Assembly: GCF_001194135.2 (NCBI RefSeq)
Contig: NC_068982.1
Coordinates: 75,011,518 to 75,075,145 of the forward strand
Reading direction: 5' to 3'
Length of the DNA: 63,628 nucleotides
Origin: Octopus bimaculoides
Taxonomy: Eukaryota
Within the stretch, counting starts at the first letter, position 1, and every line of letters starts with the position of its first letter. Made by a program: the position numbers and the translations under genes. Positions 51,253-63,152 of the stretch are shown piece after piece. The notes under the pieces were generated by a model that was not told where the DNA came from, made no database searches, and worked only from the letters and a program-made list of their open reading frames with translations.

Positions 51253-52229
51253 ATGTCTATGTTTGTGTGTCTTTGTGCCTATGTTTCCCACCATCACCAC
51301 TGCTCGACAACTGGTGCTGGTGTGTCCCTGTAACTTACCAATTCAACAAAAGGAACCAACAAAATGAGAACCAGGCTTTAAAAAAGTAGGTACTGAGGTC
51401 AATAGATTTGACTAATAATTCTTCAAGGCAGTATCCTGCAGGGCCACAGTCTAATGATTGAAACAAGTAAAAGTTAATAGATAAAAGAATGCCAATGTGA
51501 AAAGTGGACATTAAATGATGATGTATATCCATGACTACATTATCAAATACACTTTTTTTATATTTTAACCCTTTGTGATCTTTGTCACTTATATACTATA
51601 GAAACCAGGTAACCTGGCATATGTGGCCTAGGGTTCAAGAAAAATTTTTTAAAATAAAAAACAGTAGTCAGCCATCACAAATAAGTATGGTTTGATGGCC
51701 TGTTCCATGTTGTTCTTACTTATTTTAAGTCGCTATATAGTTGCAAACAGACAGATATTTCTCAGCTCTCATCACCACTGATTCAGAGGTGTGACAGCTG
51801 AAGGGAGAGAGGGCTGCACTAGCACTTGGTTGGTACCTGTTCAGCTGAGTAAACAAGTAATAAAGTGTCTTACTCATGGACACACTGTCACCTAACCCAG
51901 GAACTGAATGTGATCTTATTATTATGAACCAAAGACTTCAACCATTAAGCCATGCACCTTCACTTGGATAACATTTGTAAATGTTCATACCTACAACAAT
52001 ACAATTTTGTACATCTCTTCATTGAGCCTCCCATCACTACTTCAACAAAGCCAGTAAAGTACAATGGTATCTATCCTTTACTGAGGAAGTTCAATAATAC
52101 CAGAACATGTTTAGAGTTTTCTTCCATACTTCACTAAATTATTAAAATAATATTAGTCAATGTTGTCTTTTTCTTAATGCATAAATATTTCTAATTAGAT
52201 CTTTTAGGCTCAGTGCACATTTATCTCTA

Positions 52230-52520
52230 ATTAGTGCATACATAGAACACAGGATAAAACACAAGACAGAAAACTGAACAGTAAAAGAGCCATAAAGAAG
52301 AAAGGATACATGGGCACATTAGGAAATGTGCTGGTGAATTTTAGGAAGCATGGAATTTTTGAAGGATGCGGTATCCTGACAACTGATGTTGGTAGTTTAT
52401 TCCATGCTCCAACAATTCTGAGCATGAAAAAATTTTCCAAAAGTCATGGGCGCTTAGATAAAACCCATGCTTTGATAAACATGTCACAAACTGGTGCAAG
52501 GAATTGACAAGCCCCAATTA
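52230..52520 (-). mobile_element. CR1-like LINE 3' end (ORF2 C-terminus plus 3'UTR)
   Basis: NFFMLRIVGAWNKLPTSVV, typical of the CR1 C-terminus. The same 3'UTR recurs at about 23330-23490 (+), 25795-25975 (-) and 44240-44475 (-). Confidence 0.8.
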
Positions 52521-52912
52521 CAGTGAAATGCATCTGGTGTTCTCATGAGCTACCTACTTTCTGCAATGATGTTCACATCACTCTGTTATAATGTGTTTTT
52601 AACACAACGTATCTATGAAAAGATTTTCTCACACAAATACCATAGCATCAAGCCTTTCAATGGTTTACATTTACATTTAGTATGATACACAGAAGGTGAC
52701 TTGTGAGTTAACTACACAACCATTATATCCCTGAAAACTTGGTTTCTGGATTCACTTGTGCTACCATCAGTTATATTTGATGAGTTAAAACAGTCTGTGT
52801 TACATACCACAATATAAACAAGACATTACAAGTGAGCCTGTATTGAGTAAACTTTTAAAATGTACAAATATTAACAACGTTATTTCAAGAAGCAAAGCAA
52901 TTATTGTCTTAC

Positions 52913-53017
52913 TTGTGAATTAGACAGTCCTAATGCTGGTGCAGATTGGCGGCGTTTTGAGCTCTTTTGAAATATCCGTGAAGAACCAGAGGGCTGTCTT
53001 GGTGGAATGAGCTGACT
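52913..53017 (-). CDS. Candidate internal coding exon (105 nt, phase 0-0) of an unidentified large minus-strand gene; SQLIPPRQPSGSSRIFQKSSKRRQSAPALGLSNSQ
   Basis: Minus-strand acceptor TTTTTCTGTTCTTTCCAG and donor GTAAGA. Only one of three frames is open. Unique, GC-richer sequence with a basophilic RRxS motif. An open frame of 35 codons can also arise by chance. Confidence 0.6.
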
Positions 53018-53104
53018 CTGGAAAGAACAGAAAAATGATACCATTAAATGGGGAATTTTAAGAAAAACTTTATTTAAACATTTAATAAGAATATATAATT
53101 ATAT

Positions 53105-53423
53105 ATTTTATTTATGTGCCCTTTTAAAGCCTAGCCAGGCTCATGGGCCCGGTTTCCCGGTTTCTATGGCGTATGTGTTCCCCCCTCCCCCCAGCTGGAC
53201 GGGACGCCAGTCCATCGCAGCTTTACTCAAGAAGCAGGAAGAAAGAGGAGAGAAAGTTGGGGCGAAAGAGTACAACAGGGGTCGCCCCCACCCCCTGCCA
53301 GAGCCTCGTGTAGCTTTAGGTGTTTTCGCTCAATAAACATACACAACGCCCAGTCTGGGAATCGAAACCGCGGTCCTCAGACCACGTGTCCGCTGCCCTA
53401 ACCACTAGGCCATTGTGGCTCCA
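53105..53423 (-). mobile_element. SINE with family B head but a different 3' tail
   Basis: About 53250-53423 matches family B. 53105-53250 (GGACGGGACGCCAGTCCATCGCAG block) does not. Confidence 0.8.
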
Positions 53424-54442
53424 AATATAATTATATAATTATGACAAATTTCTGTAGAATAACTTTTATATTATATGCACACACACACACACACATGCAC
53501 AGGTATGACTAAGGTGCATATGTAGCTCTGTGTAGTCAAGAAGCTTGCTTCCTAACCATAAAGTTTCAGGGCAAGTGTCTTCTATTATAACCCAGGGTCA
53601 ACCAAAGCCTTGTGAGTGGATTTAGTAGGCAAAAACTGAAAATTGTAAATGTATGTGTGTGTGTGTGTATTCCCTTGTTTTGACATCATGTGGTGGTTGT
53701 AAACAAGCATCCCTATGGGGAAATATTATGTTGCTTAGAAATAGGTGAGGGTTGGCAACAGGAAGGGCATCCAGTTGTAGAACATCTTCCTCAATGAATT
53801 CATCTGATACATTCAATGTAGACATGATCATGATGATAATGATGATGATGATGATGATGGCCAATGTTTTTGCTACTGAATATAATTGCAATTGCTTTTT
53901 CACTGAGTGGCTGAAATGAGATGATTTTTCTCATTTCTGAACTGCATGTGTAAGATGATCAAGTGACTGAGCTTCAGAAAGTAATGAACTGAGAGGAATT
54001 TGTAATCAAAATACAACAGCGTCTTTAGCAAAGGTACTGATTACAATGCTATCTTGGTTAAAGAGAGGTGATGAGGATGACTGTACAAAGTTTGTAGATA
54101 TCCTCTCGAAAAGGGATCTGAAAGCTTAACTGCAAAAAGGAAGGCATGAGATATTGTTGGCTATGTGTTGCTCAAAAGCATATTTTACTCTCCTGATCAA
54201 CTTAACACAGTTAAAATAACCACCAGGTAAGCAGGCATTCACAAGAAGGTGAATGCCTAGAATGATGATGAAGAATTATTGAGAGTGAAGCACCTCTGAA
54301 TTACTCTTAAACATTCAAATGGTTGCTTTCATATTTAAACAAAACCAATTGCTCTTCTCCACCACCATCACTCATGTATGGTCTCCAATCATTCTCCTAC
54401 AGAGTTTAAGTTAAAGTTTAATTATACAGTTCTATATTTAAG

Positions 54443-54736
54443 AGATGAGGAATTATTTACATTATTTACATTATCTACATGGGCATATGGCGTAGTGGTT
54501 AAGAGCGCGGGCTACTAACCCCAAGGTTCCGAGTTCGATTCACGGCAGCGACCTGATTAATAATAATAATAATATAATAATAATAATAATAATAATAGTA
54601 ACATCGATAGGAATGAGAACCCAGGTTCGAAATTTCCCCAAGACACCTGACGAAGGCTGGAGGGTATATCAGCCGAAACGTTGTGTTAACAACAAACAAG
54701 ATGAGGACGAATATCCGTCAAATGTAGATAATGTAA
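54443..54736 (+). mobile_element. tRNA-headed SINE with internal (TAA)n and a hammerhead-bearing, Penelope-like tail; inverted copy of the tail end at the 5' side
   Basis: A box TGGCGTAGTGG and B box GTTCGATTC (54481-54545). (TAA)n at about 54558-54597. Hammerhead at 54643-54687. 15-bp perfect inverted repeat 54466-54480 / 54722-54736. Confidence 0.75.
54643..54687 (+). ncRNA. Minimal type I hammerhead ribozyme (Penelope-type, dimer-dependent)
   Basis: ACAC-CTGACGA-A-GGCTG(10-nt loop)CAGCC-GAAAC-GTT|GTGT. Catalytic core intact, stem II 5 bp, stem I ACAC/GTGT, helix III reduced to the palindrome AACGTT, predicted cleavage after 54682. Confidence 0.75.
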
Positions 54737-55717
54737 GTTTAATTATATCAATGTAACCAGGTTGCAGGCTCCACACTGCATGCTTCCTCAGACTAAAAAA
54801 ATAATTAATGGTTTCAAAATTTCACAGAAGGCCAGCAATTTTGTGGGGAGCCAGTAAGTTGATCACACTGATGCCAGTATTTGATCCCAGTATCTGACTG
54901 GTATTTTATTTTATTAGCCCCAAAACAATTAAAGACAATGTCAACTTTTTGGTGGAATTTAAACTCAGAATGTAAAGAGTTAAGAAATGCAACTAGGTAT
55001 TTTATTCAACATGCTGCCAGCCTGCTTCCTGAGCTAAGGAATATTTAATAAAAACAAAAGATGCTTCTAATTAAGAAAGTATCAGTTTATCTTGCAGAAA
55101 GTTATTCCAGAGATAATCAAAGTTGCAATAATGTAAGTAAAATGGGAAAAAAAACCCACGCATGTATCATTTGGATGGATAAACAGGATCTGATGAGTTA
55201 GAGGACTGTTTCATGCTCCAATGTCTGCCTTGACATGGTTTCTATAGCTTGCTACTTTTCCTAACACCAACCACTTTATAAAGTGAGAGAGTACTGGGTA
55301 CTTTGAGCAATTCACACTAGAAAGTGCTGTGGCCTAGAGGTTAGGGTGTTGCATTCACAATCATAAAATCATGGTTTCAATTCCTGCACTGAACAGTGCA
55401 TTGTTTTCTAGAGCAAAACACTTCATTTCATGTTGCTCCAGTCTATTCAGTTGTAAATGAGTTTCAGCAACAACTGGAGGGCTAACCTCATGACAGACTG
55501 ACATCCCATTCAGGAGTGTTTTAGTCTCAGTCACGTATATGCCACTGAAACCAAGCCTTTATGAGTTCTGGGGTTCACAACAGACCTAAGACTAAGTTCC
55601 CAATAGTTGAAAGTATGCTGTTATTAAATCTCTAATCTAATGTCTGTTTCCATGTTAAAATTCTTTGAAAGGAATCTGCAAAGGGATAAGTATCTTGCAA
55701 AAGATTTTCTCTTGTAA

Positions 55718-55772
55718 AATCCCTACTCAAGTCCTCCTAATCCCTACTCAAGTCCTCCTAATCCCTACTCAA
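55718..55772 (+). repeat. 21-bp tandem repeat, about 2.6 copies
   Basis: Unit AATCCCTACTCAAGTCCTCCT. Confidence 0.9.
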
Positions 55773-58121
55773 CTCCATTGTATGTTCTATTCCCTAATAC
55801 CCACTTTTTCATCCATTTAACAGCTCATTGATTCTCATTACATATTGATGCTATATCTACTGTTTATATCACTTACATCTATTGACACTGTTTATCATCA
55901 TCATCATCTTTCAACATTCATCTTCCATATTGGCATGGGTTAGAGCTTCATGCTCTGTCTACTTCAGCATGGTTTCTAAGGCTGGGTGCCCTTTCTCATG
56001 CCAGCCACTTTATAATGTATACTGGGTGCATTTTTCAAGGCCCCGACACTAGTAAAGATTACCTGGTAACTTGCAAGGTTAAAAGCTCAAAGTGGCCAGT
56101 ATAATCAAAGGAGAAGAGAGAAGGTGCAATAATTCTTGGAAGGGAGATAAGTGAAGATAGAGTTATAGTTATGATCGGATGGTCGTGGAGACAGAAACAG
56201 AGTAATAGTGTAGTTAACGTTAGTTCGTCCATTGAAGTTCTTATAATCTTTCCTGCAGATCGAGCTCAGTTATTTCTGCTGTACAGTATAATGCACATGA
56301 CCCGTGCACAGTATAGTTTCAGCTTTGATCTTCCAATCTATACAGAGACAATATCAACACAGACATAAGCGTCTTCAACCCCCTTTCACTAAGGCCTCTG
56401 GCAGTTAATCATACATCTGTACATGCATGCACAAGCCTAGAGAATTAAAAAAAAAATTTTTTATGGAAGATTGACTACTGACCACTCATACAAGTCTCCT
56501 CTCAATATATCACTGACGTTATTCAAGTCAAAGATCGCCTACGTGGGCCACTACAGTTTGGCACTAGGAAATGGTTACAGGTATTGTTGTCAGGTGCCGG
56601 ATGAGATAACACAAGGCACTTTGCCCACCTATTTTTGCATTAATTCCAAAAGATGACAGGCGAAGTCAACTTCGGCAAGATTCTTGGAGCACAAAGAAGC
56701 AAAACAAATACCACTAGGTATTCTATCCGACGTTCTGACAACTCAGCCAATTCACTATGTTTTTTAAGTTGTAAACAGAGTTTTGTACCGAAAAGCCCAA
56801 TATGCTCTCACATACAACACCGCTGGCATTAATATGATTACGTAGGCAGCAAAACTGACATACTTTATTATAATTCAGAACCAGAAAATACAGTTCAAAA
56901 CTGCCCTAACAACATTTGACGTGAATAATTTAATCTTCCTACGAAGCGAATGTATTAAACAATAATATCATCGTTAAATACACTCACTGACTTCGGATTT
57001 CAAATACTACAAGTCATAATTAGAGAAAGGTCAAGGTCACTATGATGCAGGTAATGAAACAAGAAATTTAAAATAAAAAGTAATTAAAAATAAAACAGAA
57101 ATAAGCCCGTGTAATTTAAGGCGTATAAATCTAGTCAACTTGAGTCGTTTCAATTACCTCTTTTAGGTTTTGACCTTGACTAGGATTAATCAATTGATGT
57201 TAGCGTTATCATCTTAACAATCACCACCACCACCTTCAACATCATCAACAACAGCTCAATAAATTTTCAATATCCATTTATTTCACTTGACGAAAGATAA
57301 ATTAATTCTTGTTTTTTTTTTTTTACTACCAGCTAAACTAAACTAATAGACCTATGTATAGATTCTCGTTGGCTGATTTCACAGACATTCTAATTAACAC
57401 TGCAGTAATAACCAAGGATAGGACCATTAATCACATTGTTTATATTTATTTCAGGCATTACCGGTAAAAAAATATAACAAATTCTAATCATTTTCACGGC
57501 TGTTTCCATCCTATAGATGACGAAAATATATATAAAAGTTTATGTCTAAATAACGAATTACTGAATTAAAAAAAAAAACAATAAATTTTTAAAAAACTAT
57601 AGACATAATCCCACCTTGCAGAAAGAAAAAAGAGAAAAAGGAAAGAGGTTCGACGTATTTACCAAGACCTTAGTTGACTTAAAGAAAGAAGGAAAATTTT
57701 AAACCAAAATTTATTTTTGAAGTTGAGAGATCTAAGATGTAGGGGAAATAACTCAAACTACACTAAACTATTACTATAGGATATTTTTGCTAAAAGATTA
57801 GTGAGAGGAGGAACAGAAAACCGTGTCGGCTTCGTTGTATTTTTTTCTAAGATTGTTAGTGGGAAAAGGGGCGAAGGAAACACGAATCTTAGCTTATCCT
57901 CAGGACAAAAACCTGCAACTGAATGGGCTCTGCTAAAAACAGTCAAGCACCAAATGGTGATGACAAATTTGGTAGAGACAATTTAATGAACCACCATAGA
58001 TAGCTGCTGCTGTTTTACTAGAAACAACATGGCACCTTGGGCAAGTGTCTTCTACTTTAGCCCCGGGCCAACCAAAGCTTTGTGAGTGGATTTGGAAGAC
58101 GGAAATTGAAAGAAGCCCGTC

Positions 58122-58187
<66 letters not shown>

Positions 58188-58904
58188 GTAGTAGTATACA
58201 TATCTATTTCACAACTGCTTGAATCAAATTTCATGTTACACGTACACACAGACACACACACACGTGTATTTTGACACCTCTCTATCAAAATTCCGTTGAC
58301 TATGTATATAAACCACAAACCTACCCAAACTACTAAATAAACTTCAAATAATCACAGCAATTAACAGAAATCATTTAGAAAGACAACAGTTGTGATTTAA
58401 TTAACTATTATAATCGGTTTCTGTATAAATACCACATTCTTTCACCAGTTGTGCATATATCTACAACAAAGAACTATTGCAATCGTGGGCAAACTGCAGC
58501 GCATAAAACTTTCCGAATGGCATCTGTCATTAAAAATTACCCTAATTCTTTTAGTAGTGAGGTCCATCTGATGATGAGCCAGCTCACATGCAGCCCACTT
58601 CTCAGAATAGGTTATCCGGGCTTGATCTATTGCAATACATAATAGTTTCAAATTTTGGCATAGGGCCATCAGTTTTTTTGAATGGTACTTACTTCATCAA
58701 CCCCAAAAGGGTGAAAGGTAGAGTCAACCTTGGCTGTGTGGTAAAAGGTTCGCTTCTAAACCACATAATTCTGGGTTCAGTCCCATTGTGTGGAACTATG
58801 GGCAAATGTTTTTTGCTATAGCCCTGAGTCAACCAAAATCTTGTGAGTGAATTTGGTTGATGGAAATTGAAAGAAACGTACAGTTACCTTCCCTGGCGGC
58901 ATAC

Positions 58905-60725
58905 ATATACATTCCTTGCAAGCTTATGCATGTCCTCAGCAGTCATGGCCCATGTTTCACTGCCATGTAGCATGGCTGTTCACACACATGCGTCATACAG
59001 TATATCTTTTACTCTGAGCAAGAGGCCCTTTCTCATCAGCAGAGGTAGGAGCTCTCTGAACATTGCCCAGGCTATTCTTATTCTAGTAAGTTACTCTTTC
59101 AGAGCATCCACCCCCTGCTACTGACTTGGTCACGTAGGTAACAGAAGCTATCAACTACTTGTAGTTTTTCTTCCTGGAATTTGACAGAAACTGTTCTCTG
59201 CACATCTTCAGTGTTTATAGCACCTGAGCATTTGCCACATACAAAAACTATCTTCCCAGTTAGCCTTCCTTTGATATTGCTGCACCTCTTATGTGTCCAT
59301 AGGTACATCTTATGGAGTTTCTACCTACACCTTTTCTACAGATTGAGCAGGGCCATCTACCTGAAGGGATTTGTGGTTTGTCTGCTTTCCTACTTATTAA
59401 GCTAGGTTGACTCTAAGGCCCTTCGATTCTAATCCTTACTTCTACACCTGAAACTTTTCCTCTAGTTCTGATAGTGATTCAGCAATTAGAGCAAGGTCAT
59501 CAGCATAGAGGATCTTGAATTCCTCTGTTATTGCCTGCAGGACTATGATGAATAAGGGGCTAAGGACAGATCCTAAGTGGACCCCTACCCCTACTCGGAA
59601 TTCTTCACTGTACTCGTTGCCAACCCTCACCTTACTGACAGCATCCCTCATGGCTTGCACAGCTCTCACTAACCATTCATCTATCCTTAGTTTCCTCATT
59701 GACCACCAGATAAGGGATTGGGGGACCCTGTCAAAGGCTTTCACCATGTCAACAAAAGCCAGGTACAGAGGTTTATCTTTGGCTAGGTATTTCTCCTGCA
59801 GCTGTCTTACCAGAAATATAGTATCAGTGGTGCTCTTCCCTGGCACAAACCCAAACTGCATCTCATCTAAACTGACTCTCTCCCTAATTAGTTGGGCTAT
59901 GACCCTCTCCGTGACCTTCATTACCTGATCCAACAACTTGATACCTCTGTAATTATTTGTATCTAAAGCGTCACCTTTACCTTCATAACAATTGACTATG
60001 GTGCTGCTACACCAGTCATTGGGTATGACTCTTTCGTGTATCACCTGGTTAACTATAGGGGTGACTAGGCTATAGCCGACACCGCCAGATATTTTGAGCA
60101 TCTCTGCAGTGATTCCTGATGGGCTGAGGGCTTTCCCTGTCTTCATATCCTTAATTGCTTTATCTACCAAGGTACTGTCAATTCGGATAGCTGGTTCCTC
60201 TGTTGGGTCGCATTCGGCAGACTCTCTTTCTCCCATTCATTCTCTTTATTTAGCAACCTTTCATAGTGGTGTCTCCAAACCTCTCTCTTTTCAGCCTCGT
60301 TTAATGCAAGTGAACCATCATCCATGCGGACACATTTCTCTCCTACGACATCATGATTCTCTCTCACACTGCCTTGCAACACGAAATACCTCAAGTTTTT
60401 GGTCTTCATGGCACAGAACATTGACAAATTTTTTTCTTGTCTGCTTTTACTCTGGCTAAATAAACCTGTCTCCTAGCTTCCCTTCTGGCAGTCTGAACAA
60501 TTCCCTGCTACCACTGTTCTTCCAGTCCTTCCAAGCCTGTTTCTTTTCCCTAATGGCCCTGTCAACAACATTGTTCCACCACCACGTTACCTTGGGTCAA
60601 GAAGGGACTTTGCATCATCCATAGATCTGGTCAGTGGTCCTCAGCAGGTTGTCCCTGAGAAACCTTCAGTTGTCTTCCACATCATGTGATGCTATATCCC
60701 CCTCTATTTCGTCAAAAGTTTCAAG
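58905..60725 (-). mobile_element. RTE-clade LINE ORF2 fragment (reverse transcriptase), frameshifted
   Basis: ORF 59442-60236 has NYRGIKLL, QFGFVPGKSTTD, AFVDMVKAFDRVP, GVHLGSVLSPLF and LYADDLAL motifs. Flanking frames continue the post-RT region. Confidence 0.92.
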
Positions 60726-60739
60726 TAATACGCCTATAT

Positions 60740-60791
<52 letters not shown>

Positions 60792-61529
60792 GGGTATGAG
60801 TGGGTAGGTGCTCGTGTCTCCTTGTCTTGACATTGCATGATAGTTGTAAATGAGTGTCACTGTCATACAAGCAGTGTCATTCATTTCCAAATATTCTGTA
60901 CATTGGAAATGTCTGGCTATGGGGAAACAGCTTGGAAACAAGTAAGTGTTGGTGACAGGAAGGCCATCAGGTCGTAGAAAATCTGCCTCAATAAACTCTT
61001 TCCAACCCATTCATGCTTATAAAAGTCGATGTTAAACTGATGATGATAGGCTTCTTTCAGTTTCCATCGACCAAATCTACTCACAAGGCTTTGATTGACC
61101 TACAGCTATAGTAGAAGACACTTGCTCAAGTTGCTGCACCATGGGACTGAACCTGTGATCAAATGGTTAGGAAGCAAGTTTATCAAACTCATGTCCATAT
61201 CTACACTGCTCTCTAACTCATTTGAGGGGTCTTGTCTTGAAAGTTACTTGGTGAGCTTGTCAGTGCTGATGCTACATAAAAAGCACTCAGTACACTCTGT
61301 AGAAATGTTTGGAGTAAGGAAGAGAATCCGGCCATAGAAATGATACTAAAGCAAACACTGGAACTTAGTGCAGTGAATCTGGCTCACTAGCTCCTGTTGA
61401 ACTATCCAACCCTTACTAATATGGAAAACACACACCCAAACACACCAAATTGAATATGCAACTGAAAGAGCTACTAATGGTTTCATGCAATTACAATACT
61501 TGAAGAGGCATATTTATAAAATGTATCTT

Positions 61530-61885
61530 AAAGCAATCGCCTTCCTGGCACTTGTGCCGAATGGCACGTGTAAAGACATTCGAACGAGATCGTTGCCAGT
61601 GCTGCCGAACTGGCTCCTGTGCAAGTAGTACGTAAAATACACCATTTTGAGCGTGGCCGTTGCCAGTACCGCCTGACTGGCCTTCGTGCCAGTGGCACGT
61701 AAAAGTACCCACTACACTCTCAGAGTGGTTGGCATTAGGAAGGGCATCCAGCTGTAGAAACTCTGCCAAATCAGATTGGAGCCTGGTGTAGCCATCTGGT
61801 TTCACCAGTCCTCAGTCAAATCGTCCAACCCATGCTAGCATGGAAAGCAGACGTTAAACGACGATGATGATGATGATGATGATCT
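61530..61885 (+). mobile_element. RTE 3'UTR copy with (GAT)n tail
   Basis: Near-identical to the reverse complement of 46960-47270. Confidence 0.85.
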
Positions 61886-62284
61886 TTAAATGATGAATAC
61901 ATTTACAAGTACAACATGAGACAGAAAATATGAAGAGAAATGCCAGTGGGATTCAAATCCTGTATCTCTTGTATACTGGCTGTCCCTTGTTACAGATTAC
62001 TTCATAACACCTCCCAATGACTCAACCCATCAAATGAATATTTGTTAAAGCTTAATTAAATAAGCTAACATTGTTTATTTTCACGCATTTCACATGAGGA
62101 TCATTAAGTATTTAAGTATTTAAGTAGCAACTCAACAAACCAGTGAACACTTTACTCCATTGTTGTCTAACAGATTCTGAGTATTACTCTGAAGTTCATC
62201 AATATTCAAGACTAAAACAATTCCAGAATACAAATAATAAATACAATTATAATGTAAATGATTCAGATATTTATTTTTACTTAT

Positions 62285-62460
62285 TTTTCATCCAGCTGTG
62301 GACTGGAAAAGGCCTCATGACAGGCCCCACACCAGATGGCTAGATGGGATTGGGGAAGACCTCCAGAGGTTTGACATCACCAGAGGGGCTGGCACAGGAC
62401 CACCAGCGATGCAGAGCACTGGTGGATCTGGTTGGCTCTATGCATGATGATGCCTGTGGG
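62285..62460 (+). mobile_element. Decayed RTE-like LINE C-terminus
   Basis: GKRPHDRPHTRWLDGI-like segment, resembling the RPRGRPRTRWLD motif. Confidence 0.5.
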
Positions 62461-62869
62461 ACCACTAACTTTGGAATGACTCCAGCCCCATCAAGCAAGA
62501 GCATGAAGCCAAGCCTTGTGTCTTTTCCATATTTCAGTCATTGGACTGTAGCCATGTTGACACCAGTACTTATATCTTTTTTTAAGTCTGAGATTCTATT
62601 GGCCTCTTTTGATGAACCAGTAAGTTGTGGGGACATAAACAAACCAACACCAGTTGTCAAGCAGTGGAAGCAATACTAACATAAGCACAACCACACACAT
62701 ACACATATATATGTATATTTAATTTATTCATTTACTTGTTTCAATTATTTGACTGTGGCCATGCTGGAGCACCACCTTAAACGGTTTTAGTTGAAGAAAC
62801 TGACCCCAGGATTTATTTCTTTGTAAACCTAGAACTTGTTTGTTATAATGTGGATCCTCATCCACTTGC

Positions 62870-63152
62870 ATGTTATTGTCGGCACTATAATATTCTTGTT
62901 GCCACTCTTATGTTGTGGCGGTATTGCACGTCCTATTGTCTTCGACTCATCTATTGTGCTATGACTTTGAAACATCTACTTTGACAGGAACTCAAACTTG
63001 ACTATAACACGTAACTGACACTTAACTCCAACTGAGAACTCATACAATAACTCTTACTACTACTGACCTCCTACAACAACTGACTGTCTGACTTATAAGA
63101 GGCTGGTCATACCAATTTGTCATGTGCGAAGGGGAGTGCCATTTTCATTACA
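62870..63152 (-). mobile_element. Possible solo LTR-like relic
   Basis: Minus strand begins TGTAATG, contains TTATAAG followed by CAGT-rich sequence and a PBS-like AGTGCCGA. No TSD or CA end identified. Confidence 0.25.

Noticed and set aside
57609-57640. Minus-strand pyrimidine tract with AAG|GTGGGA as a recursive splice site
   Set aside because: AAG acceptor and weak donor; expected by chance next to a purine tract.
58568-58595. CTGATGA-T-GAGC-CA-GCTC as a hammerhead start
   Set aside because: No GAAA after stem II and no cleavage triplet with stem I.
58442-58669. ORF with RVIFND resembling the Tc1 VIFSDE motif
   Set aside because: Similarity too short to support a call.
62329-62342. CTCF-like CACCAGATGGC
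   Set aside because: Lies in decayed RTE coding sequence (TRWL codons) and mismatches the motif end.
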